From Ruminococcus bromii (lineage in GTDB: Bacteria; Bacillota; Clostridia; Oscillospirales; Ruminococcaceae): a stretch of DNA of 64,000 bases. The notes beneath the pieces are model-generated. The model did no database searches. It worked only from the letters and a program-made list of their open reading frames with translations, and was not told where the DNA came from. Positions 42,954 through 53,459 of this stretch are shown piece after piece (the first letter of the stretch is position 1; each line of letters opens with the position of its first letter). The stretch spans positions 66,364 to 130,363 of the forward strand of contig CAVAQT010000001.1 of the NCBI GenBank assembly GCA_963590855.1. Reading direction: 5' to 3'. The position numbers and the translations under genes are program-made.

Positions 42954-45245
42954 GTGGATCAGGATGAAAAAAAGCCTCTGCACCTGGAGGGTACTGTAGA
43001 AAATGTACTGTACATCAATCCGGAAAACGGCTATACGGTACTGGATCTGGATGCAGACGGCACAATGGTCACTGTGGTGGGCGAGATGGGCGAGACCGAA
43101 GAGGGCGAGCGGCTCTCGGTGGACGGAGAATATATCACCCATCCCCGGTACGGCATGCAGTTTCGGGCGCAGTACTGGGAGCGAAAGCTCCCGGCAGACG
43201 CGTTCAACATCCAGCGCTATCTCTCCTCCGGCGCCATCAAGGGCATCGGGCCGTCGCTGGCGAAAAAGATCGTCAGCGTGTTCGGAGACCGCACCCTGGA
43301 GATCATGGAAAAGACACCCACCCGGCTGACCGAAGTCCGGGGCATCTCGGAGCAGAAGTGCGAAGCCATCGCCGCCGAGGTCAAGCAGATCTTTTCCCTG
43401 CGGACGCTGATGCGGTTTCTGGCGGAATATGACATCCGCTCCAAATACGCCATGCGCGCCTATCAGAAGTGGAGCACCGGCGCAATGGATATGCTGGCGG
43501 CAAACCCGTATCTGCTCTGCTCCCCCGGTGTCGAACTGGACTTTCAGAAGGCCGACGCCGTGGCCATGGGGATGGATTTTGCTGCCGGCTCGCCCCAGCG
43601 CGTCCAGGCAGGGATCGTCTATATCCTCCAATACAACGCCAACAGCGGAAATGCCTGTCTGCCTCTGGATCGGCTGCGCCCGAAGGCATGCGCCTATCTC
43701 AAGGTCAACGAAGCCGACTTCGAGGTCGCCTATGCCGCGGCGCTGGAAGAGCACACCATCTATGTCTATGAGAAAAACGGCAGGGACTTTGTGTATCTGG
43801 AGGACTACTACATTGCGGAGCGTTATATCGCCGACCGCATCGGCGTGATCCAGGATTTCAGCGCCCCGGAGGACAGTCCGCTGTTCGAGACGCTCATCCA
43901 TGCCCAGGAAGAGGAACAGGGCATGGAATATGCCGCTTTACAGCGAAAGGCCATTGTGACGGCGCTGTCCCGCAGCATCATGATCCTCACCGGCGGCCCG
44001 GGTACGGGAAAGACCACCACCCTGAACGCCATCATTGCCCTCTATGAGAAGCAGGGCTATCGGGTCATGATCGCCGCACCCACCGGACGCGCCGCCAGCC
44101 GCATCGCAGACCTCACCGGCTATGAAGCGAGCACCATCCACCGGATGCTGGAGGTGGAGTTCGACATGTCCGGCGGCATGGGCTTTCACCACGACGAGCG
44201 CAATCCCCTGGACTGCGACGTCATGGTCGTGGACGAAATGTCCATGGTGGACGTGCTTCTGTTTGAGCATCTGCTCCGGGCGCTCCGTCTGGGGTGCAAG
44301 GTGGTGCTGGTGGGCGACTGTGACCAGCTGCCCTCGGTGGGCGCAGGCAATCTGCTCCGCGACCTCATCGACAGCGGCAGAGTGCCGGTGGTGGCGCTGA
44401 AAGAGATCTTCCGCCAGGCGCAGAAGAGCAGCATCATCACCAACGCCCACAAGATCATCGGCGGCGACTATCCCGACCTCACCCAGAAAAAGAGCGACTG
44501 CTTCTTTTTCCAGCGGCTGAAGCCGGAGCCGGCGACACAGCTCATGCTGGAACTGGTGCACACGCGCCTGCCGAAGGCATACGGCTATTCTCCGGTGGAG
44601 GACATCCAGGTCATCACGCCCTCCCGAAAGGGCATCATGGGCGTAGTCGAACTGAACCACCGGCTTCAGGCGGTGCTCAATCCCCCGTCCAAGTCCCTGC
44701 CGGAGGTCAAGTCCATGCTGTACACCTTCCGGGAAGGGGACAAGGTGATGCAGATCAAAAACAACTACGACATCATCTGGCACAAGGACGGCGAAAACGG
44801 CACCGGCATCTTCAACGGCGACATCGGCTATCTCCGTGCCATCAACCGCCAGAGCCAGGAGGTCGTGGCGGAATTTGACGGCAGGACTGCCACCTATCCC
44901 TTTGAACAGCTGGATCAGCTGGAGCTTGCCTATGCAGTCACAGTGCACAAGAGCCAGGGCAGCGAATTTCAGGCGGTGGTCATGCCGCTTCTGGGCGGCT
45001 TTCCGAAGCTGTACTACCGGAATCTGCTGTACACCGCCGTCACCCGTGCCAGACGGCTGCTGATCCTGATCGGCTCACAAAACGTCATTTATCAGATGGT
45101 GGACAACAACCGCCGTATGAATCGATATACCTGTCTGCGGGACATGCTGGAACAGCAGAAAGCCCCCCAGACAGCGCCTCTGTCCGCACCGGAAGAAGCC
45201 GGCGCATCCGACAGGGCGGCAACAGAACAGGAGGAATCGTCATGA
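42954..45245 (+). CDS. recD2: RecD2-type (RecD/TraA family) ATP-dependent DNA helicase
   Basis: GTG 42954 lies 8 nt after GGAGG. Walker A GGPGTGKTT, Walker B MVVDEMSMVD, VLVGDCDQLPSVGAG, AVTVHKSQGSE. Confidence 0.9.
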   Translation: MDQDEKKPLHLEGTVENVLYINPENGYTVLDLDADGTMVTVVGEMGETEEGERLSVDGEYITHPRYGMQFRAQYWERKLPADAFNIQRYLSSGAIKGIGPSLAKKIVSVFGDRTLEIMEKTPTRLTEVRGISEQKCEAIAAEVKQIFSLRTLMRFLAEYDIRSKYAMRAYQKWSTGAMDMLAANPYLLCSPGVELDFQKADAVAMGMDFAAGSPQRVQAGIVYILQYNANSGNACLPLDRLRPKACAYLKVNEADFEVAYAAALEEHTIYVYEKNGRDFVYLEDYYIAERYIADRIGVIQDFSAPEDSPLFETLIHAQEEEQGMEYAALQRKAIVTALSRSIMILTGGPGTGKTTTLNAIIALYEKQGYRVMIAAPTGRAASRIADLTGYEASTIHRMLEVEFDMSGGMGFHHDERNPLDCDVMVVDEMSMVDVLLFEHLLRALRLGCKVVLVGDCDQLPSVGAGNLLRDLIDSGRVPVVALKEIFRQAQKSSIITNAHKIIGGDYPDLTQKKSDCFFFQRLKPEPATQLMLELVHTRLPKAYGYSPVEDIQVITPSRKGIMGVVELNHRLQAVLNPPSKSLPEVKSMLYTFREGDKVMQIKNNYDIIWHKDGENGTGIFNGDIGYLRAINRQSQEVVAEFDGRTATYPFEQLDQLELAYAVTVHKSQGSEFQAVVMPLLGGFPKLYYRNLLYTAVTRARRLLILIGSQNVIYQMVDNNRRMNRYTCLRDMLEQQKAPQTAPLSAPEEAGASDRAATEQEESS

Positions 45246-46261
45246 GTAAAACAGATATCGGCATTGATTTGGGAACGGCGAACACCGTCATTACCCTGGG
45301 GAAAAAGGGCGTTGTACTCAGCGAACCCTCTGCCATCGCCTATCACACCCGCACCAAAGAGGTGCTCGCCGTGGGAAAGCGCGCCTATCAGATGATCGGA
45401 AAGACGCCGGATTACATTGAGGTGATCCGTCCCCTCTCCGGCGGCGTGATCTCCGACGACCGCATGACCCAGTACATGATCCGGGAGTTTATCCTCCAGG
45501 TCACCGGACACCGTCTCACCAAGCCGCGCATCATCATCTGCGTGCCGTCCTTTATCACAGACGTGGAAAAGCGCGCCGTAGTAGAAGCCGCCATGAGCGC
45601 CGGCTCGCGAAAGGCATATCTCATCGATGAGCCCATCGCCGCTCTCATCGGCGCAGGCGTGAACATCGGCAAGGCGCGGGGCAACATGGTGGTGGACATC
45701 GGCGGCGGCACAACGGACGTTGCCATCGTCTCCATGAACGGCATCGTCACCTCCCACTCTGTCCGCGCCGCCGGAAACACCCTGGATCAGGCGATCATCC
45801 GGTACATGCAGACCAAGTACAAGCTGCTCATCGGCGACCGCACGGCAGAGCGGCTGAAGATCGAGATGACCAACCTCTATGACCCAAGAGCCGATGTCAC
45901 CGCCTGGGTCAAGGGACGGAATCTGGTGAGCGGTCTGCCGGAGATGCAGGAGGTCAGCGAGCTGGAGATCTTCGAGGCGGTAGAGGACGTGGTGGCGGAC
46001 ATCATCGAAGCCATCAAGACTGTCCTGGAAGAGACACCGCCGGAGCTGGTGGGCGACATCTACGAAAACGGCGTGCTCATGGCAGGCGGCGGCGCCATGC
46101 TGGGCGGTCTGCGAAAGCTGGTGGAGCGCACCCTCCAGGTGAAGTGCGTGGTGGCAAAAGACGCCATCCACTGTGTGGCAAAGGGCACAGCCATCGCCTT
46201 CCGCAAAATGGATACCCTGCTGGACGGCTTTGAGAATATCGCGGTGTATCAGTTTAAGTAA
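45242..46261 (+). CDS. mreB: rod-shape-determining actin homologue MreB/Mbl
   Basis: IGIDLGTANT and DIGGGTTD motifs. ATGA overlap with the recD2 stop. Confidence 0.92.
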   Translation: MSKTDIGIDLGTANTVITLGKKGVVLSEPSAIAYHTRTKEVLAVGKRAYQMIGKTPDYIEVIRPLSGGVISDDRMTQYMIREFILQVTGHRLTKPRIIICVPSFITDVEKRAVVEAAMSAGSRKAYLIDEPIAALIGAGVNIGKARGNMVVDIGGGTTDVAIVSMNGIVTSHSVRAAGNTLDQAIIRYMQTKYKLLIGDRTAERLKIEMTNLYDPRADVTAWVKGRNLVSGLPEMQEVSELEIFEAVEDVVADIIEAIKTVLEETPPELVGDIYENGVLMAGGGAMLGGLRKLVERTLQVKCVVAKDAIHCVAKGTAIAFRKMDTLLDGFENIAVYQFK

Positions 46262-46372
46262 ATCAACATACCCCTGCATAAGGGCATGTGTACAAGTTCT
46301 TTTGTACGCATGCCCTTCTTGTATGTCTGCTCTTATTCGGCCTGCACCTTTAGCACTCCAAACTAGCACTTG

Positions 46373-46399
46373 TTAGCACTCATTTGCTAAGAGTGCTAA
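46373..46399. promoter_or_regulatory. CIRCE element (HrcA operator)
   Basis: TTAGCACTC-atttgctaa-GAGTGCTAA is an exact match to the consensus TTAGCACTC-N9-GAGTGCTAA. Extra half-sites at 46350-46358 and 46364-46372. Confidence 0.85.
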
Positions 46400-46560
46400 A
46401 TTTCATCCAGTTTTCACAAAACCAACCTTATGCTTTCACAAACCGGGGGTAATATGATACTTGTAAACGGAAAGGAGCTCCGGAAGAAGCAAACAGCAAA
46501 CCGGACAGCTTCCATCCGCAAGCCACAATATCAGGATACCATGCATAGGAGGAATGCTTT

Positions 46561-46995
46561 ATGATGACATATTTGACACCGTTTGAACGCACAGGTTATG
46601 ATCTGTTCCGCTCCATGCGGGACTGGGAGAACGAATTTTTCGGCGGCAAATCCGCACCCATGAGCTCCTGCAAGACAGACATCCGGGACACCGGTGACAG
46701 CTATGTGCTGGAAGCCGAGCTGCCGGGATTCCAGAAGGAAGAGATCAAGATCGGCGTAGAGGGCGACACCCTGACGCTGTCCGCCGTCCACAAGGAAAAG
46801 ACCGAGGAGGAAAAAGCAAAGGACGGCACCTATCTCCGCCGGGAACGCAGCACAAGCTCCTATGAGCAGAAGCTGGACATCAGCAACGTGGATGCTTCCG
46901 GCATGCGCGCCGTTTATGAAAACGGTGTGCTGACTCTGACCATGCCGAAAAAGCAGCCGGCGAAACCGGTCTCCCGTCAGCTGGAGATCCACTAA
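46561..46995 (+). CDS. Hsp20/alpha-crystallin small heat-shock protein
   Basis: 144 aa. DIRDTGDSYVLEAELPGFQKEEI ... ENGVLTLTMPK. Confidence 0.92.
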   Translation: MMTYLTPFERTGYDLFRSMRDWENEFFGGKSAPMSSCKTDIRDTGDSYVLEAELPGFQKEEIKIGVEGDTLTLSAVHKEKTEEEKAKDGTYLRRERSTSSYEQKLDISNVDASGMRAVYENGVLTLTMPKKQPAKPVSRQLEIH

Positions 46996-47141
46996 GAGAG
47001 AAACTGCAATGCAGAAAAAGAACCGGGATCACAAAAAAGAGAGAGAATAGAGAGAAAAAGCGCCGGAAAACGACGCATAGAACAAAGAAAACCGAGAGCC
47101 CGAGACAGGCTCTCAGAGACAATTCCAAGGAGGAATGACTT

Positions 47142-47597
47142 ATGATGACCATTTTTCAACCGTTTGCAAACACTTTGTGGGATCCGTTTCAGGAAACCGA
47201 ACTCACAAAAGTACCGCGGACTGACCTGCGCGACACCGGCGACAGCTATGTGCTGGAAGCCGATATGCCGGGATTCCGGAAAGAGGAAATCAAGCTGTCC
47301 CTGGAGGGCGACGTTCTGACCATTGCGGCGGAGCACACCGCAGAGAAAAAGACCGAGAGCGCACCCAAGGAGGGCGAAGTCACCATTGAAAACGCTGCAC
47401 CCCAGGCAGAAGCGCCTGCCAAAAAGGGCACTTATTTGCAGCGGGAACGCAGCTTCTGCAAGTATTTGCAGCGACTGGATATCAGCAACGTGGATGCGGA
47501 GCATATGGATGCCGCATATGAAAACGGTGTGCTGATCCTGACCATGCCGAAAAAGCAGCCGGCAAAACCGGAAGTCAAAGAGATCACGATCCAGTGA
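47142..47597 (+). CDS. Hsp20/alpha-crystallin small heat-shock protein (paralogue with inserted linker)
   Basis: 151 aa. DLRDTGDSYVLEADMPGFRKEEI ... ENGVLILTMPK. Same RBS context AGGAGGAATGnTTATGATGAC as the first copy. Confidence 0.92.
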   Translation: MMTIFQPFANTLWDPFQETELTKVPRTDLRDTGDSYVLEADMPGFRKEEIKLSLEGDVLTIAAEHTAEKKTESAPKEGEVTIENAAPQAEAPAKKGTYLQRERSFCKYLQRLDISNVDAEHMDAAYENGVLILTMPKKQPAKPEVKEITIQ

Positions 47598-47731
47598 CCC
47601 GCACATGTTCTCCCCTGCGGTAATCGCCGCAGTTTCATAAGAGCCTGATGATGCAGCTTGTCTGCACGCGTCCGGCTCTGGCGCAATCCTGCATCTTGCA
47701 TGCAGCTTTGCCAAAAATGTATCTCCTAGCG

Positions 47732-47772
47732 AAGCACCGCGGCAGAGTCCTGCTGCGGTGCTTTTGCTGTTT
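47732..47772 (+). terminator. terminator after the hsp20 pair
   Basis: AAGCACCGC-n14-GCGGTGCTT followed by TTGCTGTTT. Confidence 0.65.
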
Positions 47773-47875
47773 CCTGCAAGATTTCCGCCCATGCTGCATA
47801 GAATAAAGGTAGCACCGCATAACGCTTTGTGCGGGATCGCCGAAGCATATCACTCATGAAACGGAGGACTTTTCT

Positions 47876-49711
47876 ATGTGCGGAATCACCGGCATGATAC
47901 ATCTGGAACAGGATCTGCGGCAGCAGGAAGCGCTGCTGCGGCGGATGCAGGACACCCTGCGGCGGCGCGGCCCGGATCAGGAGGGCATCTTTCTCTCGCC
48001 GCGCTGCGCCATGGCGCACACCCGTCTGGCGGTCATCGATGTGGAAAAGGGCAGGCAGCCCATGGAGATCACCGCCGGCGGCGAGACCTATACCATCGTC
48101 TATAACGGCGAGTTGTACAACACGCCGGAGCTGCGGGCACAGCTGGAACAGGAGGGCGTGGTCTTTCAGACCCACTGCGACACCGAGGTCGTCCTACAGT
48201 CCTACGCCCACTGGGGGCCGCGGTGTGTGGAGCAGTGCAACGGCATCTTCGCCTTTGCCATCTGGGAGCACAGCGCCCAGCGGCTCTTTCTGGCGCGCGA
48301 CCGCATCGGCGTAAAGCCGCTGTTCTACGCGGAGATCCCCGGCGGTCTGGTCTTTGGCTCAGAGATCAAGGCGCTGCTCCAGCACCCTGACGTTCCCCAC
48401 GAGATCGACGAAAAGGGCGCGGCAGAGCTGCTGCTCATGGGGCCGGGGCGCACACCGGGATACGGCGTGTTCCGCACTGTCCGGGAGGTAAAACCGGCGC
48501 ACTGCGGCTACTACATGCAGGGAGATCTCCACCTCCACTCCTACTGGGAGCTGCATGCCGCAGTCCACACCGACAGCTTCGCAGAGACCGCCGCCCATGT
48601 CCGGGAACTGGTGACCGATGCCGTCCGGCGGCAGCTGGTGTCTGACGTTCCCATCGGCACATTTTTGTCCGGCGGTCTGGATTCCAGCCTGCTCTCCTCT
48701 CTGGCGAGCCGCGTCCTGGGCGAACGGGGCGAGACGCTCCACACCTTTTCCGTGGACTATCGGGACAACGACCGCTATTTCCAGAAGAGCCACTTTCAGC
48801 CCACCAGTGACCCCGACTATATCCGCGCCATGGCACGGTATCTGGGCTGTCAGCACCACTGGACGGTACTGGATACCCCGGCGCTGGCAAAGGCGCTCTA
48901 TGCCGCTGTGGATGCCAGAGATCTGCCGGGCATGGTGGATGTGGACAGTTCCCTGCTGCTGTTCTGCGGCGAGATCCGGAAGGAAGTCACGGTGGCGCTG
49001 TCCGGCGAGTGCGCCGACGAGCTGTTCGGCGGCTATCCCTGGTACCGGGACGCCGATGTCCGCCAGGTAAACGGCTTTCCCTGGGCGCAGAGCACCGCTT
49101 ATCGGGCAAAATTTATGCAGGAGCAGCTGGCGAAGCGCATCGATCCGCAGGCATATGTCCAGGATGCCTATGCCCGCACCATCGCCGCCGCAGAAAAGCT
49201 CCCCGATGATTCACCGCTGGAAGCGCGGATGCGGGAGATGATGAAGCTGAACCTGGACTGGTTCATGCAGACGCTTCTCGACCGAAAGGATCGCATGAGC
49301 ATGTACAATTCCCTGGAAGTGCGCGTGCCCTTCTGTGACTATCGCATTGCAGAGTATCTCTACAATGTCCCATGGGAGTACAAGGACTGGAACGGCTATG
49401 AAAAGGGACTGCTGCGGACTGCCATGCAGGATGCGCTGCCGCCGGAGGTATTGTGGCGCAAGAAGAGTCCCTATCCCAAGACCCACAACCCCAACTATCT
49501 CCAGACCGTCGCCGAACTGCTGCGCGAGGTCATCCGCGACCCTGAAACGCCGCTGTTTCAGATCGTCCGCCGGGAAATGCTGGAAGAGCTGCTGGAGCGC
49601 GAGGAGTCCGTCCAGTGGTACGGTCAGCTCATGACCCGGCCGCAGATCATGGCGTATTTCGTCCAGATGGACTACTGGATGCGGAAGTATGCGGTAAAGG
49701 TCGTATCATAA
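47876..49711 (+). CDS. asnB: asparagine synthase (glutamine-hydrolysing)
   Basis: 611 aa. N-terminal MCGITG (Ntn Cys2) and PP-loop FLSGGLDSS. Confidence 0.92.
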   Translation: MCGITGMIHLEQDLRQQEALLRRMQDTLRRRGPDQEGIFLSPRCAMAHTRLAVIDVEKGRQPMEITAGGETYTIVYNGELYNTPELRAQLEQEGVVFQTHCDTEVVLQSYAHWGPRCVEQCNGIFAFAIWEHSAQRLFLARDRIGVKPLFYAEIPGGLVFGSEIKALLQHPDVPHEIDEKGAAELLLMGPGRTPGYGVFRTVREVKPAHCGYYMQGDLHLHSYWELHAAVHTDSFAETAAHVRELVTDAVRRQLVSDVPIGTFLSGGLDSSLLSSLASRVLGERGETLHTFSVDYRDNDRYFQKSHFQPTSDPDYIRAMARYLGCQHHWTVLDTPALAKALYAAVDARDLPGMVDVDSSLLLFCGEIRKEVTVALSGECADELFGGYPWYRDADVRQVNGFPWAQSTAYRAKFMQEQLAKRIDPQAYVQDAYARTIAAAEKLPDDSPLEARMREMMKLNLDWFMQTLLDRKDRMSMYNSLEVRVPFCDYRIAEYLYNVPWEYKDWNGYEKGLLRTAMQDALPPEVLWRKKSPYPKTHNPNYLQTVAELLREVIRDPETPLFQIVRREMLEELLEREESVQWYGQLMTRPQIMAYFVQMDYWMRKYAVKVVS

Positions 49712-49716
49712 GGCAG

Positions 49717-49766
49717 AAAAACGCCGCCGGCTTGCTGGGTGTACCAGTGCCGGCAGCGTTTTTTTC
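49717..49766. terminator. bidirectional terminator
   Basis: AACGCCGCCGGC-n17-GCCGGCAGCGTT (one mismatch) with an A-run before and T7 after, between convergent genes. Confidence 0.7.
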
Positions 49767-49801
49767 AGCGAAAACGGACGATACATCCGTCAGCGCGATC
49801 C

Positions 49802-51448
49802 TCAATACAGGATGCTGTCCCAGTTAACGGGATACCCTGCACCCTCCTGTGCAATATAGGCAAGCAGATATGCCACATCCTGCGAATTGACCGTGCCGTT
49901 ATCATCGATATCCGCCGCCAGGATCTGCTTGTCTGTAAAGTTGGTGTCCAGATCCAGAGAAGCACGCGCCACATAGGACAGGATCTGTGCCGCATCGGTA
50001 GCGTTCAGGACGCCGTTGTTGTCCACGTCTCCCTTGCGATAGTTGCCCTCCCGGACAGTGCCGTCGGCGAAGTGGATCGCCGCATAGGACAGATCTTCAT
50101 TGTCTATCGTGCTCACACTTACTGCATCCCACTGCGCCTCTGTCCCCTGAAAATAGATGTCCTGCAACTGATCGCAGTAGTGAAATGCATAGTCCATGAT
50201 GCTCTTGAGCCCGGCCGGAAGCGTCACGGTGGTCAGCGCGCTGCAAAACTCAAATGTGCCTTCATTGATGGAGGTCACATTTTCCGGCACTGTCACATCG
50301 GTCAGCACGATGCATCCGTAAAAGGATGCGTCGTTGATGACTTTTACACTGTCCGGGATCTGATATGCCCCTGCCTTGCTGTTGGGGTACAGGATCAGCG
50401 TCGTCTGATCCTTGTCGAACAGCACCCCGTCTGCGCTGGAATAGAACGTATTGTTCTCGTCCACCTGAAGCGCCTGAAGCGCCGTGCAATTCAAAAAAGT
50501 ATCTTCGATCACTTCTACGCTCGCCGGGATCTGAAGCGTCTCTATGGTATCGTTGCTCTGAAAAGCGCTATCATGTACCGTCACAACGCCGTCCGGAATG
50601 CAATAGGTGCTCCCTGCCTTGGCTTCCGGGCAAAAGTACAGCTCTGTCTTGTCCTTGCTGAACAGCACGCCGTTGTCATCGCTGAATACCGGATTTGTCT
50701 CCGGCACATAGATGGCATCCAGCATGGTCATGGACAGCGCATCTACTGCGATATCGGTAATATTGGCGGACAAGGTCAGATCCCGCAGCCACACACATTC
50801 CCCAAAAGCATCTGCGCCGATCTCTGTCACACTGTCCGGAATGACATAGGCAGTATCTTCCCTGCCGCCGGGATAACAGATCAGCTTTTTCTTGTCGTGA
50901 TCCATCAGCACGCCGTCCACATCGCAGTATACCGTATTCCCGGCATCCACAGAGATCTCCTGGAGCTGATTGCCGTAAAATGCGCCATCGCCGATGCTGA
51001 CGAGTCCCTTGGGCAGCGAAATATGCGTCAAAGCCCAGTCGTCACTAAAAGCATAATTCCCGATCGTCACAAGTGATTTCGGCAGTACCACACTTTCCAG
51101 ATCCTCGCAGCCCGCAAATGCTGACGCACTGATGCTGCTGATCCCCTCCGGGAGCACCACTTCACACAAGCCGGAATAGCCGCAGCAAGCACTGTCTCCA
51201 ATACAGGTCACCTGTTTTCCGTCGATACTGGACGGAAATGTCACCGAAGAGCCCTCCCAGTCAAACAGTTCGACGATCTCCACCGTCGTGCTGCTGATAT
51301 CCTGGTAGAGGAATGATGCGTCCTCCGTCTCATAGATAAAATAATACTCCTCCGTATCGTCGATCTCATCCACCGCAAATGCCGTCATGGGCAGCGCGGA
51401 AAATGCCAGAACCCCTGCCGCCGCTGCGGCAAACCATTTTTCCTTCAT
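49802..51448 (-). CDS. secreted BspA-type LRR protein with C-terminal type I dockerin (paralogue 2)
   Basis: 548 aa with signal peptide and LRR units (IPDSVTEIGADAFGEC...). Dockerin segments GDVDNNGVLNATDAAQILSYVA and ADIDDNGTVNSQDVAYLLAYIA. Confidence 0.85.
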   Translation of the reverse strand: MKEKWFAAAAAGVLAFSALPMTAFAVDEIDDTEEYYFIYETEDASFLYQDISSTTVEIVELFDWEGSSVTFPSSIDGKQVTCIGDSACCGYSGLCEVVLPEGISSISASAFAGCEDLESVVLPKSLVTIGNYAFSDDWALTHISLPKGLVSIGDGAFYGNQLQEISVDAGNTVYCDVDGVLMDHDKKKLICYPGGREDTAYVIPDSVTEIGADAFGECVWLRDLTLSANITDIAVDALSMTMLDAIYVPETNPVFSDDNGVLFSKDKTELYFCPEAKAGSTYCIPDGVVTVHDSAFQSNDTIETLQIPASVEVIEDTFLNCTALQALQVDENNTFYSSADGVLFDKDQTTLILYPNSKAGAYQIPDSVKVINDASFYGCIVLTDVTVPENVTSINEGTFEFCSALTTVTLPAGLKSIMDYAFHYCDQLQDIYFQGTEAQWDAVSVSTIDNEDLSYAAIHFADGTVREGNYRKGDVDNNGVLNATDAAQILSYVARASLDLDTNFTDKQILAADIDDNGTVNSQDVAYLLAYIAQEGAGYPVNWDSILY

Positions 51449-51553
51449 CTTTTCTCCTCCTGAAATTCTCTGTTTTTGGAATCCAACTTTTCATGATTAT
51501 ACCATATTTTAAGACAAATGTCAATCTGAATGGAACATCTCCCCGGATTTTTG

Positions 51554-51590
51554 CCAAAAAAAGACCGTGAACGCAGCCCGTTCACGGTCT
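51554..51590 (-). terminator. terminator after ftsH paralogue 1
   Basis: Minus strand reads AGACCGTGAACG-ggctg-CGTTCACGGTCT followed by T7. Confidence 0.8.
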
Positions 51591-51611
51591 CTCTGTCAGT
51601 GTAATTTGTGG

Positions 51612-53459
51612 TTATTCCGCCGGATTCTGCGAAATCATCGGGCGGTTCAGGATCTGCATAAACTCTTCACCGGTGATGGTCTCGTGCTCATACAGATACT
51701 TGGCGATCTCGTGCAGCTTTGCCTGGTTGTTCCGGAGCATGTCCATGGCTCTGCCGTACTGGGTCTGGATGATCTCCGTGACCTTTTTGTCGATCTTGGT
51801 CTGGGTCTCCATGGAGCATGTCAGGCTGGCGTCACCGCCCAGATACTGTCCCTGCACCGTCTCCATGGCAACCATGCCGAACTCTTCGCTCATGCCGAAG
51901 CGGCTCACCATCGAGCGCGCCAGCTTCGTCGCCTGTTCGATATCGTTGGATGCGCCGGTGGTGATCTCGTGGAAGATCAGCTCCTCTGCGGCACGTCCGC
52001 CGGTGAGGGTGGCGATCTTGTTCTCCATCTCCGTCTTGGTCATGAGGAAGTGCTCGCCCTCTTCCACCTGCATGGTATAGCCCAACGCACCGGAGGTACG
52101 GGGAATGATGGTGATCTTCTGCACCGGTGCAGACTGAGACTGGAGCGCAGCCACCAGTGCGTGCCCCACCTCGTGATAGGACACGGTGAGCTTCTCCTTG
52201 TTGGAGAGCACCCGGTTTTTCTTCTGATAGCCGGCAATGACCACTTCTACGCTCTCCATGAGGTCTTCCTGTGTGGCACAGGAGCGTCCCAGGCGAACGG
52301 CACGCAGCGCCGCCTCATTGATGATATTCGCCAGCTCTGCGCCGGATGCGCCGGATGCCGTCCGGGCGATGGCGGAGAAGTCTACGTTTCCGGCGAGCTT
52401 GATCTTCTTGGCGTGAACTTTCAGAATGTCGATGCGTCCCTGAAGATCCGGCAGCTCTACGGGGATGCGCCGGTCGAACCGTCCCGGACGCAGCAGCGCC
52501 GGGTCGAGGGATTCCGGACGGTTGGTCGCCGCCAGGATGACGACACCCTTTGAGCCGTCGAAGCCGTCCATTTCGGTGAGCAGCTGGTTCAGGGTCTGTT
52601 CCCGTTCGTCGTTGCCGCCGCCGTATTGTCCGCCGTCACGCTTCTTGCCGATGGTGTCGATCTCGTCAATAAAGACGATGCAGGGCGCTTTTTCGTTTGC
52701 CTGCTTGAACAGGTCGCGCACCTTTGCCGCGCCCATGCCCACGAACATTTCCACAAACTCCGAACCGGAGATGGAGAAAAACGGCACGTTCGCCTCGCCG
52801 GCGACTGCCTTTGCCAACAGAGTCTTACCGGTTCCGGGAGGGCCAACCAGCAGCGCGCCCTTGGGCATAGAAGCACCGATCTCTTTATAGCGCTCCGGCT
52901 TGTGGAGATAGTCCACGATCTCCGCCAGCAGTTCCTTTGCCTCTTCTTCACCGGCAACGTCCTGGAACTTGATGCCCGTGGTGGACTTGACATAGACCTT
53001 GGCGTTGCTCTTTCCCATGCCGAACATCATCGAGCCGTCGCCGCCGCCCATGCGCTGCGCCATCTTCTTGTTAAAGAAGTGGAACACCAGCAGCATCAGC
53101 GCAATGGGGAGCACATAGCTGACAAGGATGTACAGCAGCGGACTGGTGCCGCTGTCGATCTCCGACTCAAACTTTGCGCCGGAGTCATACAGCCGCTGGA
53201 TCAGATCCGGGTCGTCCAGGGTGCCGGTCTGATACACCTGTTTTTCGTCTTTGTCCGTAAAGGTGATCTGGCTGTTCTCGATCTTCACCGAGCCGATCTC
53301 CTTGTTCTCCGTCATGCTGATAAAGGTGTCATAGCCCACCTCTTTCACCCGTCCCTTGAACAGGTTCGGGAACACGAACGCCTGGAGCAGCAGGAACACA
53401 CACAGTGCGATCAGCCAATACGAGATCCATGATTTTTTGGGTTTTTGCGGTTCTTCCAT
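51612..53459 (-). CDS. ftsH: ATP-dependent zinc metalloprotease FtsH (paralogue 1)
   Basis: Start trimmed to ATG 53459 (GAGGAG upstream, [11 protein letters not shown]). Two TM segments, Walker [14 protein letters not shown], zinc site HEVGHAL. Confidence 0.93.
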   Translation of the reverse strand: MEEPQKPKKSWISYWLIALCVFLLLQAFVFPNLFKGRVKEVGYDTFISMTENKEIGSVKIENSQITFTDKDEKQVYQTGTLDDPDLIQRLYDSGAKFESEIDSGTSPLLYILVSYVLPIALMLLVFHFFNKKMAQRMGGGDGSMMFGMGKSNAKVYVKSTTGIKFQDVAGEEEAKELLAEIVDYLHKPERYKEIGASMPKGALLVGPPGTGKTLLAKAVAGEANVPFFSISGSEFVEMFVGMGAAKVRDLFKQANEKAPCIVFIDEIDTIGKKRDGGQYGGGNDEREQTLNQLLTEMDGFDGSKGVVILAATNRPESLDPALLRPGRFDRRIPVELPDLQGRIDILKVHAKKIKLAGNVDFSAIARTASGASGAELANIINEAALRAVRLGRSCATQEDLMESVEVVIAGYQKKNRVLSNKEKLTVSYHEVGHALVAALQSQSAPVQKITIIPRTSGALGYTMQVEEGEHFLMTKTEMENKIATLTGGRAAEELIFHEITTGASNDIEQATKLARSMVSRFGMSEEFGMVAMETVQGQYLGGDASLTCSMETQTKIDKKVTEIIQTQYGRAMDMLRNNQAKLHEIAKYLYEHETITGEEFMQILNRPMISQNPAE

